Positions 51,469-64,000 of a stretch of DNA of 64,000 nt are shown in pieces. Both the position numbers and the translations under genes were made by a program. Source of the DNA: Octopus bimaculoides (lineage: Eukaryota); contig NC_068996.1 in the NCBI RefSeq assembly GCF_001194135.2, positions 12,648,060 to 12,712,059 on the forward strand, written 5' to 3'. A model generated the notes under the pieces. It was not told where the DNA came from, made no database searches, and saw nothing but the letters and a program-made list of their open reading frames with translations. Within the stretch, counting starts at the first letter, position 1; each line of letters starts with the position of its first letter.

Positions 51469-52315
51469 TACAAGGTGTATTCCAGAAATTTTGAGACTTC
51501 TTTAGGGAAGGCAATTATAATTATCCTAGATTATTGTTATTTTAGTATGTCTTTATTATACATCTAATAAGCTGACCTGCCTACCTTCGTTATTCCAGAT
51601 TGATAGAGACAGCTGTAACAATACTTTGAACACATACACTATTAAACATTGATTGCCACAGCTGATTAATTTGCAGATTGCAGTCAGGATGTTTGGAAGC
51701 TTGTGATACAAAAAACGTTTTTTGTTAAACTGGGCAAAAATATTAGAGAAACTTATGAAATGCTCCAGACTGCTTATAGATTAACTTGTATGAGTCAAGC
51801 ATCTACTTTTCGCTGGTACAATAGGTCCTCTAAGAAGCACATGATGATCCCCTTTTTTGACAGCAAGGCTGTCATCTATATCCACATGGTTCTTTCTGGT
51901 CAGATGGTCAATAAGGATTATTTTGTGGAGGTTTTGAGGGAATTCAAGAAGAGATTTCATTGCAAAAGTCCAGAGCTCTTCGTCTTGAGTCAGTGGTACC
52001 TACACCAGACCACAGTTCCATCCTGATAACCAACTACTTGACAGAAATTGGGCATCAAAACTATCCCTCACACTCCCTACAATCCAGACCTTGCTCCCTT
52101 TGACCTTTGGTTGTTTCTCAAGCTAAAGAGAAGACAAAGGAGACTGTAGTAAGTTTCTGGACACTGGACTTCCACAGGGTCTTGATGAAGTGGCTGGATC
52201 ACTTTGACAAGTGCACTGAAGTCAGAAGATCCTACTTTGAAGGAGATTATACTTCTTTGAAAGTAGGGAATGGCTCTTCTGTAAAAGTCTCAAAACTTCT
52301 GAAATACACCTTGTA
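51469..52315 (+). mobile_element. Internally deleted mariner element
   Basis: TIRs TACAAGGTGTATTCCAGAAATTTTGAG / CTCAAAACTTCTGAAATACACCTTGTA. Translation FFVKLGKNIRETYEML..SQASTFRWY (HTH), KHMMIPFFDSK..VNKDYFVEVL and PYNPDLAPFDLWLF. Confidence 0.9.
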
Positions 52316-52431
52316 TAAGAATCACTCATTTTATGATTGATTCAAATCTTATACACATGAGTGATATCCTGAAAGATAGCCATTAATCAGTTGTATGAGC
52401 TGGTAGCTTTTCTGTGTTTTAACAAATTCAT

Positions 52432-52931
52432 TTAACCATTTTGATGCTAACCTGCCTGAGGCTGCACCAGGTTCTTTGGTACAAGCTTCCTGCTTTAAAG
52501 TGATTTAAATTAAAACCATCCATCAAAATTTCGTGTTTGGAACACCAGCTTAATAATAATGAGGTTATTTTACTAAATTTTTCATATTTTCAAAATTAAT
52601 TAAAACAAAGGTAGTGTACTTCAAGAGAAATATGGTAACAAAAGTGTTAAAGAGATCTAAATTAAAACCATATTTCAAAATTTCATGATAATTTATGTTT
52701 CAAACTCCAACTTAATAATGACAGAATTATTTCACTAAATTCTTCATTATTTTCTAAATTAATTGTAACAAAAGCAGTGTATTTCTGAAATATGGTAATA
52801 AAGTGATCTAAATTAAAAACCTTCCATCAAAATTCTATGCTAATTTGTTTTACTAAATTCTTTATTATTTTCAAGATTAACTGAAATAAAAACAGTGTAT
52901 TTTAAGATAAATCCAGTAACAAAATGGTTAA
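52432..52931. repeat. TTAA-ended MITE with its 3' part tandemly repeated about three times
   Basis: TTAACC start; ~140-bp unit (GATCTAAATTAAAACC...CAGTGTATTT...GGTAACAAAA) repeated; ends GGTTAA; a related copy lies at ~10185-10380. Confidence 0.6.
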
Positions 52932-53770
52932 AGACTTTATGTATTCAAGAGCTGAAATACATGCCATCTCGACTCTTACCACACTTGACCTAGCAGAGCA
53001 ACGAGGATGTGACGGCTGACAGGAGAGAAAGTTGGACTGGTTCTAAGAAAATGTACGGAAAAGGAAGTGTTCCCTTATTGCTTGTCCTTTAGAAAAGAAC
53101 AGTTCTCATTCAAGTCAGATCCCACTGTCTTAGAAAAAAAAAGGAAGGACATCCAGTTATATTTTTCTAGATACTGTTGAAGAAGAATGGAAAATCATAG
53201 TCTTTTATTATGTATTTTATTTGAAAACATCATAATTCTTTGTTATAGGCACAAGGCCAGGTAATTTCTGGGGAGGTGGGTAGTTCATTACATCCACTCC
53301 AGTATTTGACTGGTACTTATTTTATCAATCCCAGGAAGATGGAATGCAAAGTCAACTTTGATTGAATTTGAACCAAACATTTTGTCCATCATGCTAATAA
53401 TAATAAATTAAAGATAATAAAGGTTTCAAATTTTAGCTCAAGGCCAGCAATTTTGTGGGAGGAATGAGTCAATTACATTGACCCCAGTGTTCAACTGGTA
53501 CTTATTTTATCGACCTCAAAAGGATGAAAGTCAAAGTTGACTTTGGTTGTGTTTGAACTTAGGATGTGAAGAAAGGTGAAATGCCATGAAATATTTTGTC
53601 CAGTGTACTAATGATTCTACCAGTTTACCATTAAAATGGCAAACTGGTAGGAGATAGAGTTGAGGGGAATACTGCAAGTGGTGAACAAGGATGGGGGTGG
53701 GGCAGATAGTTAGGGAAATGGGTTATGGGTGAGGGGGTTTGTCAGGGAGCAGCTCTGGCACCCATTCATT

Positions 53771-53985
53771 TACAGGGTGTCCACAAAGTACTCCACATGG
53801 AGTGAATAAAATCATAGCATAAACAATTAAATATAAAAAATAATAATTTCTTAAAGTATATGTTAATCCCCATGTGGGTACATGGAGTAAATAAAATTAT
53901 AACATAAACAATTAAATATAAAAAATAATAATTTCTTAAAGTATGTGTTAATCCCCATGTACCCAGACTTTGTGGACACCCTGTA
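53771..53985. mobile_element. Tc1/mariner-type MITE with an internal ~82-bp duplication
   Basis: Perfect TIRs TACAGGGTGTCCACAAAGT / ACTTTGTGGACACCCTGTA; internal unit at ~53796-53876 repeated at ~53880-53960. Confidence 0.9.
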
Positions 53986-54186
53986 TAATGGCTGTGGGGG
54001 TAAGAAGGTTGTTACCCAGCCACATGGTTCTGGACTTGGTTCCACTGCATGGCATTTTGAGCAAGTAGCTTTTCTACAGCTACAGTTTTAGTATGTGGTT
54101 GTTTGATCAAAAGCCATTTTGATTGGCACACTTTCGTTTCTGCCTGAAACAAAATTAAGTGCTCAATGTCTAGGTTAACCTCTTAC

Positions 54187-55451
54187 TTTTGGGTTGGCCA
54201 AAATATCTGTTTTGTGTTTTTCAACACTAAACTTGAAGCATTTCAGTAAGTAGTTAACTTCAGTCTGTCCCTTGCACATTTGCTCTGGTTAGATACTTGA
54301 TGCTTCAATGTATTTCAATGCAAACTTGTAATGAGACAGGTAGTATTTTGTGTACTTGATATGATCCTGAAAAGAGAACCAAAATGAACATTAGCAGCAC
54401 CTCATTTTTTTTTTTATTTAAAAAAAAAAAAAGACAAGAAGGTAGTGTAAATCTACAGGGGGATATGTACTGTATACAAGGAGTGTGTTGTTCCAGAATG
54501 TGTATGCCAGAAGTTGTTTTTAAAATTTTGATTGGGAAATTTTTTGGTTCAAGATGCACCTCACTCTGGTTGGTCATCTGAGATTCACAGACACCATTCC
54601 CCATTATATGCTTAGGATGAACACAGATATTCTTCAAGTATCCAAGTTGAGTGTTGACAACCATCTGCATCAGCTTGGTTATGCCAGCAGACTTGATTTT
54701 TGGGTTCCACATCAATTGAATGAGGGGAACATGGTTCGACAAATGTCTTTCTGTGATTTGTTGTAGATGCATAAAGGACATTATCTTCTTTTGAAGAAAC
54801 TTATGACAGGACACAGAAAAGGGATCGTCTTTAGCAATGTGAAACATATGCAATCATGAGGGAGGCACAGTGAATTACCACAAATATGACTTCATTCAAA
54901 GAAGGTTATGTTTTCAGTTTGGTGGAATTGGAAGGGTGCTATCTCTTACAAACCTCTTCACATGGACAAGACCATCAGTTTGATGTGTTCTGTGGCCAGC
55001 TGGATAAATTAAAAGCAGGGATCCACTAGGAGTGTCCAGTACATGCTAATCATAAGGACATTGTCTTCCATCACAATAATGTCAAACTTGCATATTTCTT
55101 TGCAGACATGGTAGAAGTTACTAGGGCTCAGCTGGGAAGTTTTGCTGCTCTTTCCATATTCACCCAGCTGTGCACCTTCAAATTCCCACCTGCTTCAGTC
55201 TCTTTAAATTTCATTGAACGGACAGACTTTCCGCTCAGAAGATGATGTAAAAATTCACCTGACAGAAGTTTTGCCACTAAAGAAAGGAAATTCTTTGAGT
55301 AGAGAATATTAATTGATCTGCCCACAACATAGCAGAAGATACTGGAATGAAACAGTAATTATATCATTAATTGACTAAATCACTTTGTATTTAAAACTTA
55401 TGTCTTATTTGTGCTTAAAAAAACTGAACAGTCTTTTTGGCCAACCCTATA
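54187..55451 (+). mobile_element. Near full-length (~1.26 kb) decayed mariner, Mos1-like
   Basis: TIR-like TTTTGGGTTGGCCAAAA / TTTTTGGCCAACCCTATA. Frameshifted transposase: ENQNEH, HLHQLGYASRLDFWVPHQL, MTGHRKGI (TGDEKW), FHHNNVK (HDNA) and YSPSCAPSNSHL (YSPDLAPSD). Confidence 0.85.
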
Positions 55452-55458
55452 GAGTTTA

Positions 55459-55674
55459 TCAACCCTTTAATATTCAGATTACTCTGTCAAATGTAATGCT
55501 TATTTACTCACATTATTTTGAATTAATCATGCATTATCTTGTAGGTGTATGTGACTGTTTATTTTTAAATTGACATTGTAGGGTAGGTATGAGAGGCTGG
55601 ATCTGACCAGTTTGAACATGAAATAGGTAGAATGTTTAGGCCGGATATGGTCAGTTTAATTGCTGAAGGGTTAA
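55459..55674. mobile_element. piggyBac-type MITE
   Basis: TCAACCCTTTAATATT...TTGCTGAAGGGTTAA inverted termini; homologous to 1151-1370 and (inverted) ~50000-50140. Confidence 0.7.
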
Positions 55675-56469
55675 AGGCAATCAGGGGCCAGTAGGGTTGT
55701 TAGTTTTATATCACAAACAGACTCGTTAGGATAAATGTACAAATGTTAGTTCTACCACCCAAATGTTGGTCATACTGATGATAACAATGATTATTGGTGG
55801 TGTTGGTGGTGGTGAGGTTCTTATTAATGTTGATACTAATTTCTTCATGACCTCGTTATTAAATTATCTTGTTCTCTCAGATGAAGTACTGCTATTTGAT
55901 AAGATAAAGGCAACAGTAACTTAAGTAGAATGTCTTCATATTCATATATATATATATATATACATATATAAACACTTATACATATTTAAACACATACACA
56001 AGTCTATGAACATAACATACACAAACACACACAAACAGGTGCAGCAGAGGCTGTATGATAAGGGGTTTGCTTCCCAATCACATGGTTCTGTGTTCAGTTC
56101 CACTGCATGGCACCTTGGGCAAGTGTTTTCTACTATCGCCTCGGGCCAACAAAAGCCTTGTGAATGAATTTGATTGTTGAAGAAGTTCATCATACACAGA
56201 CACATATATGTCTATATGTGGGTGTATTTGTGTTTGTCCCCTCCCACTGCTTGACAATTGTTGTTGGTTTCATTATGTCCCTGTAATTTAGCGGTTGAGC
56301 TGAAGAAACTGATAGAATAAGTACCAGACTTAAAAAATAAAGTACTGGGGTTGACTAAAACTCTTCAGGGTGGAGCCGCAGCATGGCTGCAGTGCAGTGG
56401 CTGAAACAACTACAAGTTAAATGATATGTGTGTGTGTGTGTGCTCACACACACACACGCACACACGCAT

Positions 56470-56504
<35 letters not shown>

Positions 56505-56508
56505 CAAT

Positions 56509-56945
56509 CTTTATATCCAACTTTATGTGGCTATCTTGTTGGAACACTGAATACTGTTGTGTTACAAACCTTGAGAGATCCTCTCATATAGGCATTTGGT
56601 GCATAAAAGCACATATATAGATTGTAACAGACGAGAATCATCTGCTGCGGGTATCAGGATTCCCACATCACGTGATTTTGTTTTATTGGAAATCCTCAGT
56701 GGGAGGCACCTGGTCACTGCATGTCAGTCAAATCTCACTATTATGATGTATAGAATATCAGGAACTTTTTAGACTCTGATGTCACAAATAACCAGCAGGC
56801 TTATTTAAAATTTAATTATTAGTGATGGGAGCAATGTTAATACTAAAACGTTATCTTTATATCCAACTTGGTAGGATCTCTCAAGGCTAACAACACAGTA
56901 TTGGGTGTTCTAACAAGACATCTATGTTAAGTTGTATATAAAGAC
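56509..56945. mobile_element. MITE-like element with ~75-bp imperfect TIRs
   Basis: CTTTATATCCAACTT...CCTTGAGAGATCCT is mirrored by AGGATCTCTCAAGG...AAGTTGTATATAAAG. Confidence 0.7.
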
Positions 56946-59178
56946 CACATTTTGATATTAATACTGCTTCCACCACTAATAATTAGGTTAAAAAGTATGA
57001 TAGAGAGATAGAGATAGTTGTCTTGCTGTGGTAGAGATTCATGGATGCATCAGTTGGGAAGATTTTATTATATATGTGTATTGTTGGATTATTGTCATCA
57101 TTATTTAATGTCCTCCTTCCATGCTGGCATGGATTGGATAGTTTGACAAGAGCTGGCCAGGCAGAAGACAGTGCCACGTTCTACTGTCTGTTTTGGCATG
57201 GTTTCTTTAGCCAGATACCTTTCGTAATGTAGAGTGTATTGGGTGTTTTTTATGTGGCACAAGCAGCAATGAGGGTGTCACCAAATAATTTACAAGACAA
57301 AATCCCTCATCTGAGGTGGGGGAGTGAAGAGTATAGAAGGAGGTTGCTTTGTGCTTGGTGATATGGGGTTAGAGTTTGAATAGAGGGACAGAAATAGATG
57401 TTTTGCAGTGGATGAGATATATATGGTTACTCCAGTTGGAGAGAAGAGAAAGAAAGAGAGTTGATGAAGATGTGATGGAGGGTACATTCATGTTACAGAG
57501 GGGTGTATATAAATGAAGTGGAGCCAAGAGTTGGATAGGGTGAATGGGTGGGTAGTTTGCAAGATTGTGAAAGGCGTATGGGAGATGGAGGGGAGACATA
57601 GGTAGAGGAAGGTTTATTAGGTGGATTCTGCCCTTAAGCAAGATACATATCACAGTTTACTTTTCATCTCAGTTAACCAGATAATAAATAACCTTTTAAA
57701 AAGATTGGTATTTGAGGAGCTAAGTTACTGTGGCATGATTGTTCAGGCCAGTAGTTTCTGACGATGGTGACATTACACCCTAGGGTGAAATGGTACCTCA
57801 GTTAAGGGTGTGATGAATTTTGAAATTTAAATAACATAATTGACGAAAAATGTTAATAAGCGTGTCATGTACCTGAAACATAGGGAGATAAGGTGAGAAG
57901 GTCACAAAATGATTAGGTAAGACTGTTTTAGATTGTTGGAATTTTGCTTTGGCAAGCTGGAAGAATCATTTTGTACATGAGACAAAATGCTTAAAGGCAT
58001 TTCTTCCAGCTTTAGGCTGCTGAGGTAGATTTTGCCTTTCATCCTTTCAGGGTCGATAAAATAAGTACCTATCGGGTACTGAGATCAATGTAATTGATTT
58101 ACCCCATCCTTTAAAATTGCTGACTTTTGTGCCAAAATTTGAAATCATATTATTTATTATTATTGAGTGAGAGAGCAGCACATGTCATCAAAGTGACACT
58201 GGGGTACAAATATACGAAACTCAATATACCAATCGTGACTACCCGTCTGATAAGGGTACACCAGGCACATGCATCACAACCAGATGTGTGTGACATGGTG
58301 ATCTTATATTCAGGTGGGGCGCAGTTAGAATTTTCTTCACTAAGCATTTCGTCCAAATGATAATAATAGTAATAATAATAATTTCTACTAAAGGCACAAG
58401 GCCTGAAATTTTTAGGGAAGAGACTAGTTGATTACATTGACCCCAGCGTTTCACAGGTGCTTAATTTATTGACCCCAAAAGGATAGAAAGCATAGTCAAC
58501 CTTCGTGGAATTTGAACTCAGTATGTAGCAGCAGACGAAATACCACTAAGCACTCTGCCAAAATAATAATAATCCTTTCTTCTATAGGTGCAAGGGCTGA
58601 ATTTTAGGGCAGTGGGTTTATTGATTACATCAACTCCACTGCTTGACTGATACTTAAGGAGGAATGGTAAAACTGACCTCAATAGAATTTGAATGTGGAA
58701 TGTAAAGCTGGAAAAAATGGTGCTAAGCATTTCGTCCTGTATGCTAACAATTCTATCAACCTGCCTCATAGAGGACTGTATAATTATTGGTTGCTTGGTT
58801 ACAAAAACACTTTTCTAGGACACCTCTGAAGATTGATCACAAAACTTCATGATTGTAAAGAAAACAGGTTCATAATCACTCGGTGAAGCCTACACCCGAG
58901 GGAGGATTTGGTTGCTATAACTAGCAGGTTGCACAAGCAATCATATTGAGTGTAAGATGTTGGCTGTGCCACAAAGTAAATAGATTAGGTTTATTGTGAT
59001 AACAGCTCTAGAAATGCTGATATTCTTGATTAAGAATCTTATCAGCTCACCTCTTCAGTTTTATTTAACCATTGGTTGAGCTAATTTTAAATATAAACAC
59101 ATACAAACATACATATATACACATACATGTATAAAGTACATGTATATATATGTATATGTATATATTTAATATATTATG

Positions 59179-59246
<68 letters not shown>

Positions 59247-60147
59247 ATATGTATATATTTAATACACATTATGAAAGAGCTACTAATAGTTTCATGCTTT
59301 TATGATACTTTAAGTAGGCATAGTTGTAAAATACGCCATGTTTCTCCAAGCAATCCTTCAGGCTCTATTTATGCATTAGATATATATTAAAATCTAGGAT
59401 ACTGGACAGTGAGAAAATGAGATAATGAAAACAAGAAGAAAAGAGAGAAAGCAAAAAAAAACCCCAAAAAACCCAAGATCCCTGTCCTCTTCTGATTGTA
59501 GAAATCACAACTGACACAATAACAGAAACTATGTGAAAGTCTGTGAGACAGCAACTCACTCCTGAATGAAACTTGTCCATGTGTTTGCACCTGCTAAAAA
59601 TTTCAGCTCTGGAATTATTTAGTGTGTTGGAATTCTTGGGTCTAAAAAGAATATGAGATGTTTCTGCTATGCATAAGCTGCATTTCTTAGATCCTAAATC
59701 TCACAGTAGTAGTAGATCAAAACTCTGTAACAAGGCTCTACTTCATTCTCTGGTTGGCTGCCATTCATGTGCATATGTGCATCTATTTTTGAAACAGGTG
59801 TAAGAGACTATCTGCACAACTTCTTACTTCCTTTCCATTATGATCTATGCACTTGTAACAACTCAACTATTATGTTTAAGTATATAAATGGCATGAGCTA
59901 ACCTGATGATGGTTGTTTTGCTGGTCATACTTTTATTTTGCGCAATCACACATACACAGCATCTAGTACTCTCTGTAAAGTAGTTGGCATCAAGAAGAGA
60001 ATCCAGCCATAGACACCATGCCAAAGATGAAATTAGATCCTGATGCAGCTCTGCTGTATGCCAGTTCTCTGTCAAACTGTTTAACCTATGCTGAGGTTAA
60101 ATGATGATGAAGATGACAGTGACAATATATATATATAAAAAACGATA

Positions 60148-60422
60148 AACGTCGCCCTTTCCCGGTTTCTATGACGTATGTGTTCCCCCCAGCTGGACGG
60201 GACATCAGTCCATTGCAGCGTTACTCAAGTAACAGGAAGAAAGAGTGAGAGAAAGTTGGGGCGAAAGAGTACAGCAGGGGTCGCCACCACCCCCTGCCGG
60301 AGCCTCGTGGAGCTTTGGTGTTTTCACTCAATAAACACTCACAACGCCCGGTCTGGGAATTGAAACTGCAATCCTCCGACTGCGAGTCCACTGCCCTAAC
60401 CACTGGGCTATTGCACCTCCAC
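60148..60422 (-). mobile_element. tRNA-headed SINE with V-domain-like 3' part
   Basis: Family C head and body, then GCTGCAATGGACTGATGTCCCGTCCAG, resembling the V-SINE core GATGGACTGGCGTCCCGTCCAG. Confidence 0.7.
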
Positions 60423-61002
60423 ATATATATATATGTACGTATGTATGTATGTTTCACTGGTTTTATTCATTACACTGTGGTCATACTGGGGCACCACCTT
60501 GAAGAATATTTGTCAAATGAATTGACCTCAGTACTTACTTACTTTTTATGAAGCTTGGTACTTATGTTATCACTCTCTTCTGCTGCAAAACTGCTGGGTT
60601 ACAGGAATGTTAACACACCAATACCGGTTGTCACTTTGTGGTGGGGGGACAAACACATACATAAAGACACACACGTACAGTGATTATTCCATTTTCACAG
60701 ATAATTGCCATCTCCTTACATTTCCTCATTGTCAATGGCATTTCTGACTTTCCATCCATGACCTCTCGGATGAGTTTTCATCTTGCTGTGGATGGGCATG
60801 TTTTGAATCATAGGTGACAGATGAAAGTTGTAACTAATCGTGTGTTTCCAGCTGATCACTTCCATGGCCATAAAACATTCAGTAGATGGAATGACAAATA
60901 AGGTGACTGCCAAGAGACATGTGTATATCAATGGATTATAGTGATAAATGCTTATCACAAAATGCTAATCACAGGGACTCATAGAGTGATATATATGTTG
61001 TT

Positions 61003-61372
61003 ATTGTTGGCACTCCGGTGCTTACGACATTGATGGTTCCAGTTGATCCAATCAACGGAACAGCCTGCTCATGAAATTAACTTACAAGTAGCTGAGCACT
61101 CCACAGACACGTGTACCCTTAACGTAGTTCTCGGGGATATTCAGCGTGACACAGCGTGACAAGGCTGGCCCTTTGAATTACAGGTACAATAGAAACAGGA
61201 AGTAAGAGTGAGAGAAAGTTGTGGTGAAAGAGTACAGCAGGGTTCGCCACCATCCCCTGCTGGAGCCTCGTGTTTTCGCTCGATAAACACTCACAACGCC
61301 CGGTCTGGGAATCAAAACTGCAATCCTACGACCGCGAGTCCGCTGCCCTAACCACTGGGCCATTGCGCCTCC
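61003..61372 (-). mobile_element. Family C SINE
   Basis: Colinear with 7238-7623. Confidence 0.85.
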
Positions 61373-61778
61373 GATATATATGTATATATATATACTTACA
61401 TGCATAGACTTATATACATCCTTCTTTTCACCATCAAGTATCAAGTGCTTACTATGGGTTTCTTGTAGTGTTGGTGGGTGGGTGGGTGGATAGGGAATAT
61501 AAATAGGTGACTACCAGAACACTGACTTGTCTGCTAGATAAAGACAAAGTATACCACACCTGTCTGAGTGCTTGGAATGTAAAGAGTAAGAAGAAATAGT
61601 ACAGCTTGTCTTGTCTGCCATGCTAAAGATTTTGCCAAATTGGTGTTCATTCTACAAATTCACTGTCTCACAGAACACAAACACTTCCTAAATTTACAGA
61701 AGATATCTCTGCCTTGCTGTATGTGTGTGTGTGTGTACATAGATAGCCATACATATATACATACATTCACATGTATAT

Positions 61779-61863
<85 letters not shown>

Positions 61864-62546
61864 TATACATACATAAATATCCATACATGTTTATATATAT
61901 ATACATAGATAGTATTTTTTACATGCCACCAGCATGTAGAAAGCACCTACTACAAATCTTGGAGTGGTTGATATTTAGAATGGCATCCCACCGTAGAAAC
62001 TATGCAAATCAGACTGACACTTGATGCAGTTCTCCGGCTTATCAATTCCAGTCAAACTGTCTAACCCATGCCAGCATGGAAAATGAACGCTAAATGATGA
62101 TGTTGATGATAAATAGATTGGGGGATAGATAGACAGACAGACATACACACACGCACGCACATGCGCACACACACACACTTATGTTTAAATCTTTTTTCTA
62201 TCTTATTACTCGATTTGGTCATTAGACAATGGCCATGCTGGGTTGGACAGTTTGACTGAGGGCTGGCAAGCCAGAAGGCTGCACCAGGCTCCATTCTGAT
62301 CTGGCAGAGTTTCTACGGCTGGATGTCCTTCCTAATGCCAACCACTCCAAGATTGTAGTGGGTGCTTTTTACATGCCACCAGCACGAGGGCCAGTCAGGC
62401 AGTACTGGCATCAACCATGCTTGAATGGTGCTTTTTGCATGCCACCAGCACGGGCAACGACCACACTCAGATATATCTATATACAGACACACACATGTAT
62501 ATATATGTGTGTTTGCTGTAATTAAAAGTATGTTTATGTTCAAGGT

Positions 62547-62802
62547 GTGGAGGTGCGTGGCTTAGTGGTTAGGGTATCATGATCGTAAGATTGTAGTTTC
62601 GATTCTGGGACCGGGTGATGCGTTGTGTTCTTGAGCAAAACACTTCATTTCACGTTGCTCCAATCCACTCAGCTGGCAAAAATGAGTAACGCTGCGATGG
62701 ACTGGCGTCCCGTCCAGCTGGGGAATACATATGCCATTTAAACCGGGAAACCGGGCCCATGAACTTGGCTAGGCTTTAAAAGGGGCGCATTTATTTTTTA
62801 TT
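62547..62802 (+). mobile_element. V-domain SINE with a 14-bp target-site duplication
   Basis: tRNA-like head GTGGAGGTGCGTGGCTTAGTGGTTAGGG, core GCGATGGACTGGCGTCCCGTCCAG and TSD TTTATGTTCAAGGT at 62533-62546 and 62803-62816. Confidence 0.85.
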
Positions 62803-63253
62803 TTTATGTTCAAGGTATATGTCGCAAAAAAAGGCTGAAGCTGTTCAAGACATTGGTCTGACCAGTTTCATTCTACAGATGGGAAAACTAGAAAGTGACA
62901 AAAATGGAAGAAAAAAACAATGGACAGCTTCCAGTTCAGATTCTAAAGGAGAATATTTGACATCAAGTGGCTGCAAAAGATGCCAAATTCTGAGTTCAAA
63001 TCCTGCTGAGGTTGACTCCTTTCGTTTTTTTGGGGGTTGATTAATTAAGTATCAGTTAAACACTGGGGTCGTTGTAATCGATTAGTCACCTCCCCCAAAA
63101 TTTCAGGCGTTGTGCCTTTAGTAGATAGGATTATTATAATTCAACATTTGGTAATTTCTACTGCACCACCTTCTATACCTTTGTGTTGCTGAGGTGTATG
63201 CAACATTGAGTGTTCTCTTTTGTTGCTATGGTTATTAGATATACTCTTATTTT

Positions 63254-63667
63254 CTTTTACTCTTTTACTTGTTTCAGTCATTTAACTGTGGCCATGCTGG
63301 AGCACCGCCTTTTAGTCGAACAAATCGACCCCAGGACTTGTTCTTTGGAAGCCTAGTACTTATTCTATCGGTCTCTTTTGCTGAATCGCTAAGTTATGGG
63401 GATGTAAACATACCAGCATCGGTTGTCAAGTGATGTTGGGAGGACAAACACAGACACACAAAAATATACACACACGCACACACACACACATATATATATA
63501 TATATACGACAGGCTTCTTTCAGTTTCTGTCTGCCAAATCCACTCACAAGGCTGTGGTCGGCCCGAGGCTATAGCAGAAGACACTTGCCCAAGGTGCCAC
63601 ACAGTGGGAATGAACCCAGAACCATGTGGTTCGTAAGCAAGCTACTTACCACACAGCCACTCCTGTG
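63254..63667 (-). mobile_element. Family A SINE, well-preserved full-length copy
   Basis: Reverse complement of the 18122-18555 type; similar copy at 40485-40993. Confidence 0.88.
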
Positions 63668-63943
63668 GTATTTAAAAGAAAATCAAGTATTTTATTTATG
63701 TTTTTCTTTTCATGATATAGCATTGTTACTGAGTAAATTGCAGTGAGAAATTATTTAAAAACATGATCTGAATTGATTAAATTAAACATTGCAGTTGCTA
63801 AGAAGCATCAAAAAATATATTAGGGTAAATATTTATGCAATAAACAAACTTTGAGATTAGCTCAAATAAATTTGTGACACATTTTAACTTCTAAAGTGAT
63901 CTTGTTGCAGTTTACCGTGGTGAAAAATTCTCATTGATAGTAA

Positions 63944-64000
63944 ATGGATCCTTCTGAATTGACGGGCGCCACTTGTTTTCTTAACGAAGCACTTTCAAAC
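63944..64000 (+). CDS. Possible start of a host coding exon (MDPSELTGATCFLNEALSN..., runs off the window); product unknown
   Basis: Branch-like TTTTAAC and acceptor CTTGTTGCAG at 63910, then in-frame stops TGA TAG TAA and ATG in a good context (TAAATGG). Not repetitive. Only 19 codons are visible, and alternative readings exist. Confidence 0.3.
   Translation, partial: MDPSELTGATCFLNEALSN

Noticed and set aside
57758-57790. CTGACGA...GAAA hammerhead-like spacing
   Set aside because: Helix II does not abut GAAA, and no helix I or III pairing can be drawn.

Overview
AT-rich eukaryotic DNA, saturated with microsatellites and repeats, with about 20 N-gaps that mostly abut (TA)n tracts. The repeat repertoire looks like an octopus genome (inference from SINE/LINE style, not verified). 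I can support no intact protein-coding gene. Nearly all supplied ORFs are microsatellite or gap read-throughs or transposon relics, so the window is probably a very large intron or intergenic stretch. It contains many tRNA-derived SINEs of at least three architectures, RTE LINE fragments, a 5'-truncated R4/Dong-type retrotransposon inside (TAA)n, Penelope-like (GIY-YIG) remnants, three decayed mariner elements, a decayed piggyBac with a triplicated N-terminal segment, and several MITEs/fold-backs. The most striking unannotated signal is a near-canonical type I hammerhead ribozyme fold at 19553-19627, accompanied by several degenerate hammerhead-like motifs in Penelope-like repeats. A perfect 77-bp-arm palindrome lies at 8678-8847. 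A few weak host-exon candidates exist, the best at the extreme right end. Coordinates were read by eye and many repeat boundaries are approximate.
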